Origin: Camelus dromedarius
Taxonomy: Eukaryota
Direction of reading: 5' to 3'
DNA length: 64,000 nt
Assembly: GCF_036321535.1 (NCBI RefSeq)
Contig: NC_087472.1
Coordinates: 98,334,001 to 98,398,000 of the forward strand
Under the pieces are notes generated by a model, which had not been told where the DNA came from, searched no databases, and worked only from the letters and a program-made list of their open reading frames with translations. Made by a program: the position numbers and the translations under genes. This document shows positions 51,198 through 64,000 of the stretch, in pieces. Within the stretch, counting starts at the first letter, position 1, and every line of letters starts with the position of its first letter.

Positions 51198-53325
51198 CTG
51201 TGGGCATCCTTGAGCCTTTGAACTTTCTCTTTCACCCAGTATGTAGAGCTGTTAGTGGCATGGGCTGTGAAGCCAGATTACTGGAGTTTGAATCTTTAAT
51301 CCATTTTGTACTGGTGTGGGATCATGGGAAAACTACTTCACCTACTTTCTCTCTCTGCCTCCGTTTCCACATCTGTAAAATGTGGATGGTACAAACCTCC
51401 TAGGGCTACATGTATAAGATGCTTAAAACAGCACAGTGAGCCCTCATTAAGTGTCAAGCTGTTATTGTAAAAATTATCATTCATGAATGCTCTATGTTAA
51501 AGTGATGAGAAATAATACCATTTCATCACTGCATTTGAAGCTCCCAAAGAGCTAAACATAAAATTTCCTTTTGATTTTGCAGGACACAAAAACATAGTCT
51601 TCTCTCAGGCTGCCTTTTCTTCTCTTCCTTTTAAAGCTGGAAGTGTATTACTTTTTCTTCCTTAGTGCTTCCTGGCCTTCCTCAAATCTACACTGAGAAT
51701 TCATCAGTATTTTAGCTACTAATTTTGACCTTTATATTTTTAGGACTGTAATATTTAAAAAGCTGCTATTGACTGTTTTCAATAGCTGTTATCATACTGC
51801 ATTTTTAAAAAATCCATCCACTCTACCAACAAAGGCAATACAGTGCTTCCTTATGGATGTGGTATTGCCTCTTTCAATATGTTTTATGCCACACAGAAAG
51901 CCTAATTTAATGTATCTTCAAATGAAAATATTTCTTGTGGCTAAATGGGATCCGCACTATCTGATATTTTCCTGTTATCTCTGCATTAACCTGAAGTAGA
52001 GTCTATTTAAAAAATATGAAAATGGTTATGCTGTACAAAATGCTTTATGGTAGGAACATTATCTAGGGTACGGTCTTGTCAGGAACAAATAGAGACCCCA
52101 ATTAATGAGAGAGTACCCTCGTTGTAGAATGCTACTTGAAGATCTTAAATGTTCTATTCAATACACTCTAGTCACTTCTTTTTATTAGAAACTTATCTCG
52201 AATTCAGTTCAACGGTCATTTCCTGGGTGCATACTTTGCTCCAGGCAACATACTATGTGTAGGCTATGCAAAGATGAATTGATATCTGATCCCTGAGTTT
52301 GAGGAGCTCATGGTTTCCCAGACTTACTATCTGTGTGATGTTGGGTAAGTTGTTTTTTCTCTGTGCCTCAGTTTCCTCACGAGGGTTAAATGAATTAATG
52401 CATGTAAATGCTTAGGCCAGTGTCTGGCTTACTGGAATTGCTCAATAAACATTAGCCATTATCATCCATTATCATCATCATAATCCTCTGGTTCAACAGT
52501 GCCCAAAGTGTATCTCCTGGGATACTAGTTTGATGGGATGTTGTTAATTAAAGGGCTCAATGATAATAAGTGTTTGGGAAACACTACATTAAGCAATGTT
52601 GACAAGGATCTTTACTGCAGGATTTCTCAGAGTCCATAACTTGCTAATGCCTTCATACATTTCCAAGCAGGTGGTGATATATGCAATGTTTTCTAACCAT
52701 ATTGGATCATTTAAATGAGTATCTTGTAGGATAGTATTTTGCAGCGCAGACTTCTAAAGGTAATGACTTAGATCTCTATTTTGTCTGGATTGAGCGAATT
52801 TAAGCCACTGTCAACCATACTTCTAACAGTCAGGCATAGGTAGTTGAATTACTGCACCTATGTGCATCAGACAACATGGAGCCTAATGGTTACAAATCTC
52901 TACCCAGCCACTCACTTATCCTGTGACCTTGGTTCATCCTTAGTTTACCTTTCTGTAAAATGGGGACAATCATACTATTTATTAGGATTGTTACAATGAA
53001 TACACAAAATCACGCATGGCAAGTGCCTGGTTGACAGCACACAAAATCCTTAAGAGATGGTTCCATCTCCTCCGTGCCCCAGAATAAGAGGAAGGCCAGA
53101 ACCAGACCTACCCTCAGAGGATGGACGGTTGCCTTTCACATCCACATTGAAGAAGAGATGGCCTTGGAATTGTAAAGGGGATTCTATCTAAGTCTATATT
53201 TCTTTTCACTTATATTAATGAAATCTCATTTATGCTAAGGGCATTAAAAATATCCTGAAGAAATCAGTTGCTCCTTCCATAGCTTGGAGAGGGCCTTTGT
53301 CTCCTAAGCAGCTAAGGCTCTATAC

Positions 53326-53550
53326 CAGAAGGTGGCCCACCTTTTTTGTAAAGGACCAGAGAGTAAATATTTTAAGATTTGCAGATGATTGGGTCTCTGT
53401 TGCAAGTACCCAACTCTGCAGTTATAGCACAAAACAAGCCACAGGCGATACATAAATGAATGGGTGTGGCTGTGTGCCAATGAAACTTTATTTACAAAAA
53501 CAGGTGGCAGGTTGGATTTGGCCCATGGGCCGTGGTTTGCTGACCCCAGT
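53326..53550. mobile_element. MER58A (hAT-Charlie MITE)
   Basis: gtaaaggaccagagagtaaatatttt...gtgtggctgtgtgccaatgaaactttatttacaaaaacaggtggc...ggtttgctgacccc. Confidence 0.88.
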
Positions 53551-55520
53551 TCTGTACTCTGAAGGCTGCTTGTTAAACCCCGCTGTTGATAGGAATGGAG
53601 TTGCAACCAAGGTAACATCAGCACACTTGGCACAGTGGGTCTGATTCCTTCAGATGAAAGAATTTGACATGACAGGTGGTGGAGAAAGCTAGCATTGCTA
53701 GGAAATCTAATTCCATCAGTGATCTGCTCAGTAAGTCTCTCTAATGAGACCAAGTGACTCTGGCCACTGGCAGCACCAGCCTGTCCTTCCCCTTACTCCT
53801 GAACACACCCCCTTTGGAAACTACCACAGGCCTCCCCAGAGCCAATGTTCTCTGGGTCGTCACTGGCCCTTTCTCCTCACTGTTGATCAAAGTAAGCTGA
53901 GTATTATTTGTCCTCTCCCATGAGATCTGAGAGTTTCATGGTTGAATGGAAAAGAGCCCTGTGTCCTAGTCTTAGCTCTGCTCTGTGACTTCACCCCCTT
54001 GGTCCACGTGAGCTGCAAAGCACTGGGCAGGGGGAGTGTTGCATTAAATGATCTCTAAGCCTCTGTCCAGCTTCTAATAGTCTAGGAACTTCTTGAGAAT
54101 AACTTCTAAGGTTTATTATTAGGATGATAATAATAGTCACAGTTTCTTCAGGGTTTACTAGGCACTTAGCATAATGCAATGGGATTTCCATGGATTATAA
54201 AGAAGGCTTTGAAGAAGCCAAAGAACTCACCCAGGATCACACAGAATGTGAGTAGGAGTCAGGAACTGAACCTGAGTTGCCTGATCCCAAAGCCCATGTT
54301 TGGAACCACTCTGCCATACTGTCTAGACTCATTATTTACCATCTCCACCCCAGCATGGAGACTGGGGATGGAGGAGTGGGTGCAGACCCTTTAAAGGGTG
54401 ATCGTAAGTACCAAGGCTACGTGAGGGACAATTACCATTTTATGGATGCTGGTTTTTCCCTTTTAAAGCCCTCAACTAACATTCAGAAAGGGTATCAGCA
54501 TTTCAGCCAAGAAGCTAATAGCTTACACTGATTAAAGTCATCTTAAATGTAAGTTGGCTAGGAGTGAAAAGTACAAAGTAAAGTGACTCAGTGACAAACA
54601 TGGTCTCAAAATACAAATGACCATGGCCACTGACTCCTATTTCTCTGCTTAAGTGACTTAATCAAGCCACTTGTGAAACTAAACCTAACTCCTGTATCAT
54701 CCATGCTAGAGGAATGAATCTATGAGCCTTGCATCATTAGTGAGTACGTGGCTTCTTATCGTGGGAAGTTTCCATTGTTACCTAATCCACGTGTAGAACA
54801 GGACATCTTGATGCCCCGAGTTTAAGTACTTCTTTCCCTTCCCTACCCGTTATATCACTCTTCCTCCGCCTTCCATTGCTCAGGGCATAAGGGCTCCATG
54901 GAAGAAGAAAACAGCCTGACAAAAATATTTACAGACAGGTGTTAGGGACTCTAACCCATTTAGAATTTCCAGTTTAAAAAAGATTTCAGGAATGACAATC
55001 CTTGGTACAACGAAGAGACTATCACCACCCACAGTTAATCAAATACATTTATTAAAGCCAAAAATAATGGTGATAATGCCTTCCTTTACTATTTTATTTA
55101 AATTTAAAAGATAAAAAGTGAACTTTCTTTTGCTACATGCTTTTTCTTTGACCATGGGTCTACTGTTTCTTTCTTAGGTAAGCCACTATAATACACTGTT
55201 TATGATTTCCAATGCTGTTTCCTTTGAAGTCAGAACTTGACTCATAGCAGTCTGACTGTAGTGTTCCCTCCAGCTGGTGATCTTCACTGCTCCACCCAGG
55301 GCTCCATATTGGTGCCTTGAGGCAAGCAGTCCTATACTAAGAGATGTCATTTTTTGAGGCTGAAATTCACAAGTCCTTCAGAAATATAACCTGCCTCCAA
55401 CCAATTGTACATATTATCTTAATAGCTGTACAGGACATTCCTGAAAACTGCTTTTCCCTGGATGACAAGACTACAGTTGAGTCATTCAGGAAATTATTGA
55501 AGAGAACAAAAAGCATTGAG

Positions 55521-55524
<4 letters not shown>

Positions 55525-55554
<30 letters not shown>
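55525..55554. repeat. (GA)15 microsatellite
   Basis: Read directly from the sequence. Confidence 0.95.
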
Positions 55555-55558
<4 letters not shown>

Positions 55559-58191
55559 AAACCTTTCAGTATGAAACATCATGGGTAAAGAACAGTGACT
55601 GAGTGGGAGTTTCTCAAAATTGTGTTGAGTGGGAAAGTTTTGTGTGTTCCGAATCCATTTCACATTTCAAGAATCCCTAAAGACAAAGAAGCTATGCAGT
55701 CTAGTGATACAGAATTTTATTTTAAAATAGGTTGGATATATTTTAATTGGCATGTGTGTGTCCTCTTAATTTAGCCTAATATATCAAATAAGAAATCTTA
55801 TTTTTAATTAGCTATTGAGAAAACAAACCTCTTTATGAAAGTCTTCTGTGAAGATGCTAGAAATCTCAAAATGCCCTATCCTGCTCCATTCAGAGAAGGA
55901 CTTGGACTATAAGAATAGGAAAGCTCAGAAAGAATTACTGTAAAATGCAACCCTATAGGGGTTCCTCTGCTCAGGGCTGGGAGAAAAACATGGGGGAAGC
56001 TATAGACTCTGGCAGGAGCTGCTGGAGACCTTTGAAAACTAAAGATAGAACCAGTGGGGGGTCATCAGAAACAAACAGGCAATGGGAGGAAACTCCCAGT
56101 CTCAGCACTAAAAAGAGAGACGGAGTGGGGACCAAAAGTAGGGGGGAGATAAGCGAACAATGGCTCTGGAAAGCAAAGTGGAGTGGGATTGTTGGTACCC
56201 AGCGGCTGGCAGCTATCAGAATCCAGCTCACTGGGAAAAGATGTCGTTCCATTGTAAGTCACACGGGAGCGGCTATGGAGGGAATATTGTTTCCAGAATT
56301 CTCTGGCTCAAAGCCTGGAGCCAAGCAGGAGAACAATACAAATAATTAAGGGAGTAGTGGAATTAACTTACAGGGAATTCTTTCTGCTTTTCTTAACCTG
56401 GTGAGATCAAGTGTAGTATTCATTTCACATCAGATAGGTCTGTTATCAGGGAACTGTATCCTGTTCTGGCAAAAGATGATCTAGTAGATTTTTTCCATTT
56501 CCAACTTCGCAGATGTAACAAATTATGTACAGCTTGGGAAAGTGATGCACTGTGTCTCCTGCGTCAGGGGCATATTTAAAAACATCTAAGATGAATAAAT
56601 CTCAAGGAGAGGAAAAAATACAAGGGAATGTGTTACAAAAGGAATAAAACAAAAGCCTGCTTCCTTTACATTTATACAGAATCTATATAGGGAAGGAAGT
56701 CCAACCTTATATCAACTCCACGTCATTGATTTCTATGTTTGTTTATTCTTTCGTAAAAATGTAGCTCGTATTTCAAATCCATTTTGAGTACCAAATACCA
56801 TGCTCAGTTTGCAGATGGAAAAATTGAGTCACTGAGAAGGTATTTTATTTGTGTTCAAACAGAGCAAGTCAGTGAAAAGAACAAGAATATGACACTAATT
56901 CTCTGGCCAATGGAATAAAAACAGAAAGCTGTAGGTCTACATATTTCTATCAAATGCATGCTATAAGGAAATTTTCTTATGGCTGTGATTTACTCTATAA
57001 TTTGTCACTCAAATATCATTGCCCCACAATTATTTTAATGACGTGTATAATCATTTACAAAGTAGTCCACCAACACTCCCTTAACGTGTACATTAATGAA
57101 TGGTTACTTGACACGTTCATAGGCTGCTTTGGATCCTGTCAATATTTGCTGTCAAAAAACCCATTTACGTTCTGGTTTCTTGAGTGATGCCTTAAAGATG
57201 AAAAAGCATCAAGTCAGTGAGTTAATGGCTCATTTTTCATTGTGGCTTTTTTGGGACACCGATTCTGGAATTATCCATTTTGTGTGTGCCTTTCCCAAGG
57301 CCATTCTCAAGGTATAAGCCTGCAATTTTAGAGCTAGTTTAGAGAATGTTAGAGTGGCTAGAGCTAACTTGGGCCAAGAGAAAAGAACTCTTTGGAGAGG
57401 AGTCCGACAAAGTTGAGGAAGTCTGTCCCTAAGGTCAGGCAGCTTCTATTGGGAATCCAGGCTATTCCTCGAACTGTTTGTGCGACCTTGAGCAGATCAC
57501 CTAAGTTCTTTGGGGCTCAGTTTCTTTATCAATAAAACAAAGATGATGGTCTGAACCTCAGAAGTACGTTGTGAGGATGAAGGTGTAGTGATAAGCTAGG
57601 CTGAATCCTGTGGTTTTGGGGTGGATAAGGTAGTTTGCGGTAGATGGGGGAGGAGTTGTTACCATCCCACAACCTCACCGCCAGGTTAAGGTGAAAGCTA
57701 GTCCCATCCCAACTCTGCCACTTTGTTAAACACACATTTGTTAGCAAACAAGCATAAAACCATTCATACAGCCTGTCTGTGAGCTTGAATGATGCCTCAG
57801 CTCTTGTTCCTTTAAGTGTTCTGAATGGGTGCCAGTTTGCATAAAAGGTTCCTATGAGGCAGGTGGTGATTCTGTTGCCGTTAGTTGGCAGCAGCCAGCT
57901 GGAAATCCTCATTATCGATGGCTGGAGACCAGCCCATCGGGGATCACTTCTCTGAGCTCTGTCTCCAAAGATACAAGCTGTAGGCATAAGATTCTTACAC
58001 TCTGTTCAGCAGGGTGGGAATTATCTCTCAAATATTTTGACCAACTTGCATATCTTAACCTCCTCCTCCAACTTCATCAATAAAAGCCATTTCGAATACT
58101 CATCCCACTATTTCACCTATTTCTGACATTTCTTCAAATAATAAAGCCTCAGGTGTTGGTGGAGATAAGGCTAACAAAACACTTACAGTAT

Positions 58192-58740
58192 CATGGAAGC
58201 AACTTAAATGTCCATTGACAGGTGACTGGATAAAGAAACTGTGGTATATATACAATGGAATACTACTCAGCTATAAAAAAGAATGAAATAATGCCATTTG
58301 CAGCAACATGGAAGGACCTGGAGATTGTCATACTCAGTGAAGTAAGCCAGAAAGAGAAAGAAAAATACCACATGATATCACTGATAAGTGGAATCTAAAA
58401 AATGAGACAAATGAACTTAAATGAACAAAACAGAAACAGACAGACACAGAGAACAATCTTCTGGCTACTAGGGGGGAAAGCAGGGCAGGTGGAGGGACAA
58501 ATTGGGAGTTCGAGATTTGCAGATACTAACTACTATACATATAATGGATAAACAACAACATCCTACTGTGTAGCACAGGGAACTATACTCAATACCTTGT
58601 AATTGCCTATAATGAAAAAGAGTATGAAAAGGAATATATATATATGTATATATGTATATGTATAACTGAACCACTATGCTGCATACCAGAAACTAACACA
58701 ACACTGTAAACCGACTATACTTCAATTAAAAAAAAAAAAG
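58192..58740 (+). mobile_element. L1 3' fragment in SMPX intron 2 (sense orientation)
   Basis: catggaagcaacttaaatgtcca...atggaatactactcagc...gactatacttcaattaaa(A)n. TSD aaaacactt(ac/gg)agta at 58176-58190 and 58741-58755. Confidence 0.92.
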
Positions 58741-59774
58741 AAAACACTTGGAGTAGCAATCTGGGGAATGTGGTCTTAGTGATATTTTACCACCTAACCA
58801 CCCCAGAAGGTTGAACTCCCAATTAGAGCAATAGAGTTCCCTGGAGCTGCAGTTTAAACCAACCTGTGGGTATAAAATATCACGGTGTCTATGCTAAAGT
58901 AGTTTAAAGTAAATTACAGACATCTTAACAATGGGCAGAGCGAACATTTTAAATGCATGTCAATACTCATCTGCTTAGGGATGATCGCTTTCAATGGCTG
59001 TCAGATTGGGCCCCCAAGTTTCAAGGAACTGCTCATGGCCTGGGGCTTGGGGAAACAGATGGGGTCTGGGCTCCCTGCCACCTTAGCTAGAGCAGCTCCA
59101 CCTCCAGTTAGTTTGCATTTCAGATATTCTGACAACACTTTACATGAAGGAAGGGTTCCATGGCCAAAAGGTTTGAAAACCATTAAGGAAACTTACCATT
59201 CAAATTAAATCAATGGGGAAGACGAGACCCACAGCAGTTGTCACTTTTTCAAGCACAGAGAATCTGTAGAAGCTCCTAGCATTGGGCTCTTTCACTACCA
59301 TAGCCTCCCCTGCACCATGGAGGGGCTACATGCATGGCTAAAATCAATCTCTGAGCAAGAAAAGGTGGTATTTCCATAGCGTGTGCTTTACTGAATACAG
59401 TGTCCCACATGACCTTTACATGTTCCTTTACTGAAAACTACAGCCTGCCATCGGGCATACACACGTGATTAAATGGGTTAGTTTAGCAATTAAATCTTTC
59501 ACAAACAATATGTTAACCTGAACTTCCATTAGGAAAATGCCCTCTGTAGATGTTTAATAAATGGGTCAGGATCATGGTGATCTAATTAAACTTTCAGCTG
59601 GTTAACTTTCTTCCAAATAGTCCCCATATCAACGTCCTTCCTCTTTCATCCAAACTGTAGTAATGGAAATAGTTATTGATTCAATATACATCATCTTCTG
59701 TGAGTCTTATGTACATTGTTTTGATCTTATTTCAGGACCCTGGAAAAATATAAATATCAGGACCATAGAAAAAA

Positions 59775-59938
59775 ATATTTCATCCAAGACACTGTCAATT
59801 GTAATATACCATTATTTTATGTTCTGCTAAGAAATAAAACAAATGTGCCCATTAAAAATGTAAGATACCATTGGTTGCAAGACACAGGCTGATTTTAGAG
59901 ATATTAAAAGAGGTGCATCTTGGAATTCATGAAGCATG
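59775..59938. mobile_element. TcMar-Tigger-type MITE relic
   Basis: tatttcatc...caattgtaa..taccattattttatg...gattttagagatattaaaa...tgcatcttggaattcatgaa, with partial terminal inverted symmetry. Confidence 0.5.
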
Positions 59939-61475
59939 CTACCGTATTTGCCACCAGATAAGACATATTTTCCCCTTTGTCTTATGCCACGTCCTCCTCC
60001 CACTCTAGGTCACCTAATATTTCCATTAAGCAGAAGAATAGCATAGAAGGCTCAGCCTTAGTTTTTCTAAAGCGCTTCCATCTAAAATTGTGCTACACTT
60101 ATATTTTAGCATATATGATACATACTGACCAAAATACTTCTTGGCTTGTTGGCCCTAGGAGTGGTGATGTACCTCTCCTGATACCCGCCACAAACACTTT
60201 GGATCTGTTTCCTTTCTGTGGGATCAGCATCATTCTAGTAGGGAAGGAAGTTTTAAAGCCCCGATATGGAAAAAGTCAATTCCTGTTCTCCAGAGCAGAA
60301 CATAGATTCGCCATGTTGCATGAACACAGACACTGGATACTTCCTGTGTCTTGAGTTAAACATTTTCTTGGCAACAGAGCTCATGTCAGGCAGTTTCAAA
60401 TGGATCTTACCACAAACTTCCTAATAATTTTGTTTGGTGTGGTAGCAAAATGGTCCAAATTGAATCATAAGGGAACAAAATATTTTGCTCTCTTTGCTCA
60501 GGCGTCATTTTTGTTCATAATATCAAAGTGCAATTTCAACTTTTCAAGCCCACATATCCAATTACTCATAAGGCAACACTTTATCTCAAGTGGAAAGAAT
60601 TTACATTTTGCCTTAAAAGAGAGTTGTCATGCTTGTTTTATGTGAGTGATCCTCCTGGTGGAAGATGTTCTTGGTCTGCATTAAACATTCTTGCCTTTTG
60701 ATATCAGATGAAATATGGACAAATTCCAATTTACATATTCTTTCCCACATTTGAATTACTGGCATCATTTTCCATACATAATTTAATGTTTAGCATATTT
60801 CATGTTTTCTAGAAGGTATTTGATGTTTACTGTGGATGGAGATTAATATGTTATCTTAATAAAGAACAAGAATCTATGAACTGGGATACCAATGAACTTG
60901 ACCTTCCAGCACTCTCCTTATACATTGACCCACACAGTGGTGTGTCGGGGGGGATGATAGAAGAGTGTCAGCTACAGAGACCTTAGACCCAAATAAGGGC
61001 TGGAATAGCTGTAGGACATTATGAAAATGAGGAAGCAGTTTAGGAGGTATGATTGTTCCCCTCCCATGGTAAATCTGAAGGAGGGTGAAGAAGGGCTAAG
61101 GTGTGGGATGGTTTCTGAGAATGCTGTTTCCTCCTTTCCTGCCATTATGTGTTCCTTTCTCATCCCAGAGAGCAGAAAATATTAAGCACCACAGGAGGGC
61201 AACAGCCAGAACAAACTGACTTCAAATTCCTCCAGCCAATAGGGAATTATAAAATCACTGCACAGACCTAAAGATGAGTAGCAGAGATCTGGAATAAATA
61301 GAAGTCAAATTCTCCTTTGCATATTTTTGTACTGTCATTACAGCAATTTTCCTAAGGTAAAAAGCTTCAAAGATGAACTTTTCAGATTCGTTTTGCCTCA
61401 CAATGATCACCATCTCAGAAGGTCAATGCAATTTCTTACTTTTCTTGAGCTAAATCTTCCGTTTTCTCTTTTTAG

Positions 61476-61619
<144 letters not shown>

Positions 61620-62686
61620 TAGAGGAGAGCAGAGGCAAGGTGAGGACCAACTTTCCAGGACAAGGAGGGCACAAGTGGATGTGGGTCAAGGAGGCATCAT
61701 GTAGCATACACATTTCTTTGGTTGTCTTGCTCAATTAGCCACGAAATACACTGCCCCTCACTTCCTTTCAGTCGAATTTAAGTGCCTGGCACAGTTACTT
61801 GAAGATGCTGAGTTTAACAACTAGTTTATTGATTGATTGTGTGTGTGTGTTTGTGTTTGTGTGTGTGTGGTGGTGGTGGGGAACCTCTCAGATGCTCTTG
61901 GTCCAGCAACACTCAAAAGCTTGGTAAATTCTCACTCTCGAGCTTTTACTGAATCGAGCAGGATGTATGCAGTACAGCTTCTGATGAGTGATGAACTCCA
62001 GTGGGAGCTCAGGTAATAAGCATGGTAAATTACTTGTGCCTTCAAACAAAAAGCCGTAATCTCTGGGTATTTCCTTTGAAAAGAGGAACTTGCAAGAGAG
62101 TCTATCAATTTCTGTATTTTTAACTCCCTCTAATTCTTTACCTTTCCTCCAAATTTAAATACCCAGTCTTTTTAAATGCGAGCTAAAATTAATAGAGGGT
62201 ACAATAAATAGAGACTAGATCCCCCCCCACAGGTTTATATTTCTTCCTCAATTGTGACTTTTCTGGTGAAGCTTAGAAAGGTCTGATTCTGAAAAAAAAA
62301 GTTAACGTCTTGGAACATATCTTGGAGCATTAAGTAAAGCCACAGGATACTGCAATCTGTATTTTATTTTTTTTTAAAGGTGAAAAGGCTTTTTTAACTT
62401 TTGTAGATGACCTTTTTGGTATTTACTCCAAAAGAACACCTATCACCCTTTTAAAATTCCTAATAAAACGCTGGTTATCCTGCATCTAAACATTTTCCCA
62501 TAAATAATTCCTGATGTGGTCCTAAGTCAGTGATTCCAGCCTCCTCTAAAAAGAAAGATAATTTTTGAAAGGAGGAGATGCAGTATTTGAGTGACATCAT
62601 CATATTCTGGAATTTCAGTCACTAAGTCACCCTTGATGAATAAAAAATTTTGATAAGTTGATAAGACCCGGCCCTACTCTGCTTTT

Positions 62687-62852
62687 CAAAAAAATAAATT
62701 TCATGTATTTATTACTGTATTATTTTATCATTTTTTGGCAAGGGGGAGGTAATTAGGTTTTATTATTTATTTTTAGAGGAGGCACTGGGGATTGAACTCA
62801 GGACCTTGTGCATGCTAAGCATGTGCTCTACCACTTGAGCTATACCTTCCAC
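62687..62852 (-). mobile_element. tRNA-derived SINE (vic-1-like, long tail)
   Basis: Sense strand ggtatagctcaagtggtagagcacatgc...gagttcaatcccc...cctaattacc. Perfect 15-bp TSD ccctactctgctttt at 62672-62686 and 62853-62867. Confidence 0.92.
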
Positions 62853-64000
62853 CCCTACTCTGCTTTTATGGTACAGAATTTCAAGTTCTGCTGCTGCTAA
62901 CTTGGCCACCCAGTTAACTCATGATCATGAGCTCTCCTTCTGTGACTTTGGCCAAGTATTTGAGTCTCTGTCTGCAAAATATAATCCCCTCCATTCCTCT
63001 GACAGTTGCTGTGAGGAAAGAGTCAGTAATATAACAGACATGGCATAACCTTGTAGGTATTCAATGAATGGCTGCTCATGGACTGATCAAATTATCCAAT
63101 TTTTATGCAGGACTCCTGGGCCTATTATTTTGCAGGTTGTGAGAAAAAGGTATAGGGAGGTAGAAGGGAGGGCAGAAAGGAATTCTTCCTACACTTCCAT
63201 TTATCTGTAATTCGGCTTTCTTCCTGTGCTTCCTCTTAAGTTGTGTCCATTGCTACCATGGCAGTCAGTCAGAAGGCAGCTTGACCCTCTTTTCTCACTA
63301 AATTGACTGATGCTGAGGAGGCTTGCATCTCCTCTTCCCTCTATGGTAGAGATCGTCCTTGCTTCTTCTCTAGAATAAACTTTTCTATTACTATCCAGTT
63401 TGAAAACTTGGAATCGCTTACTTTCTTAGATTTGGGTTTCATTGCCTAGCTTTGCATTAAGATAATCACTGTCTAAAGTGGAGGTCATAACAGACCATCC
63501 CTGAACAGAACAGGCCAACTCTATCACAGCCAGTAGCTCCTCCATCTCAATCTCAACACCATCTTAGACATGAAGAGGTACCCTAGCAAGAAGCCAGGAC
63601 GAGCCTTTGGCCACCTGACAAGGCCTGTGCGCACTGGCTGGGTCCCTCGCCCACCTATAGTCTCTTTGAGCCCTTGTTCTGCTCACAGAGCTGGAGCACA
63701 CCCTCCGCTCAGCCCAGCCAGAGTTTGGCACATGCCCGACACAGAGTCCTTACAACCAAACCCTAGTAAGCATAAGAAAAGGCAGCTGTGTGATTAAAGT
63801 AGGTACTGACAAGGCTATTGACAAGAAGGATATTGATAAGATGAAGGATATTGACAAGCTCCTACTCTACGTCCCAAATCTCTCTTTTGACCGAAATTCC
63901 ATCATTACTAAGCCACAAAACAGCACACTGGGATTTTCTGTTAATTATTTCCCTCTCCACTTGGTTCCTTTACAAGATGCAAACACACTATTTACTTGTG

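Noticed and set aside
55945..56349. 134-aa ATG ORF in SMPX intron 2
   Set aside because: No recognisable homology, and no poly(A)/TSD or convincing exon structure.
63807..63858. Short degenerate repeat (gatattgacaag-like units), superficially array-like
   Set aside because: Only 3-4 irregular 11-18 nt units without unique spacers, in eukaryotic DNA; ordinary slippage, not CRISPR.

Overview
Repeat-rich mammalian genomic DNA. Four tRNA-derived SINEs resembling vic-1 and the young L1 3' ends suggest a camelid (inference). The only real gene I can support is the 5' half of SMPX (small muscle protein, X-linked) on the + strand, which the ORF track misses. It has a non-coding exon 1 (~45899-46078), exon 2 (49746-49806, MSKQPVSNVRAIQ) and exon 3 (61476-61562, [29 protein letters not shown]); the remaining exons lie beyond the window. 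The first ~45 kb is upstream intergenic DNA made largely of L1, L2, MIR, MaLR/ERVL/ERV1 LTRs and hAT DNA-transposon relics. It also holds an intronless S100A11 retrocopy with an unbroken 103-aa ORF (22342-22653). The most unusual observations are that retrocopy, an ancient ~190-bp inverted repeat (16776-16965 / 18048-18228), an L1/non-L1 chimeric retro-insertion (2500-3092), a 20-aa uORF in the SMPX leader, a very young L1 with a perfect TSD, and a poly(A)-only insertion in SMPX intron 1. I see no evidence for a wholly new multi-gene system. Repeat subfamily names come from recalled consensus sequences and need RepeatMasker/Dfam confirmation.
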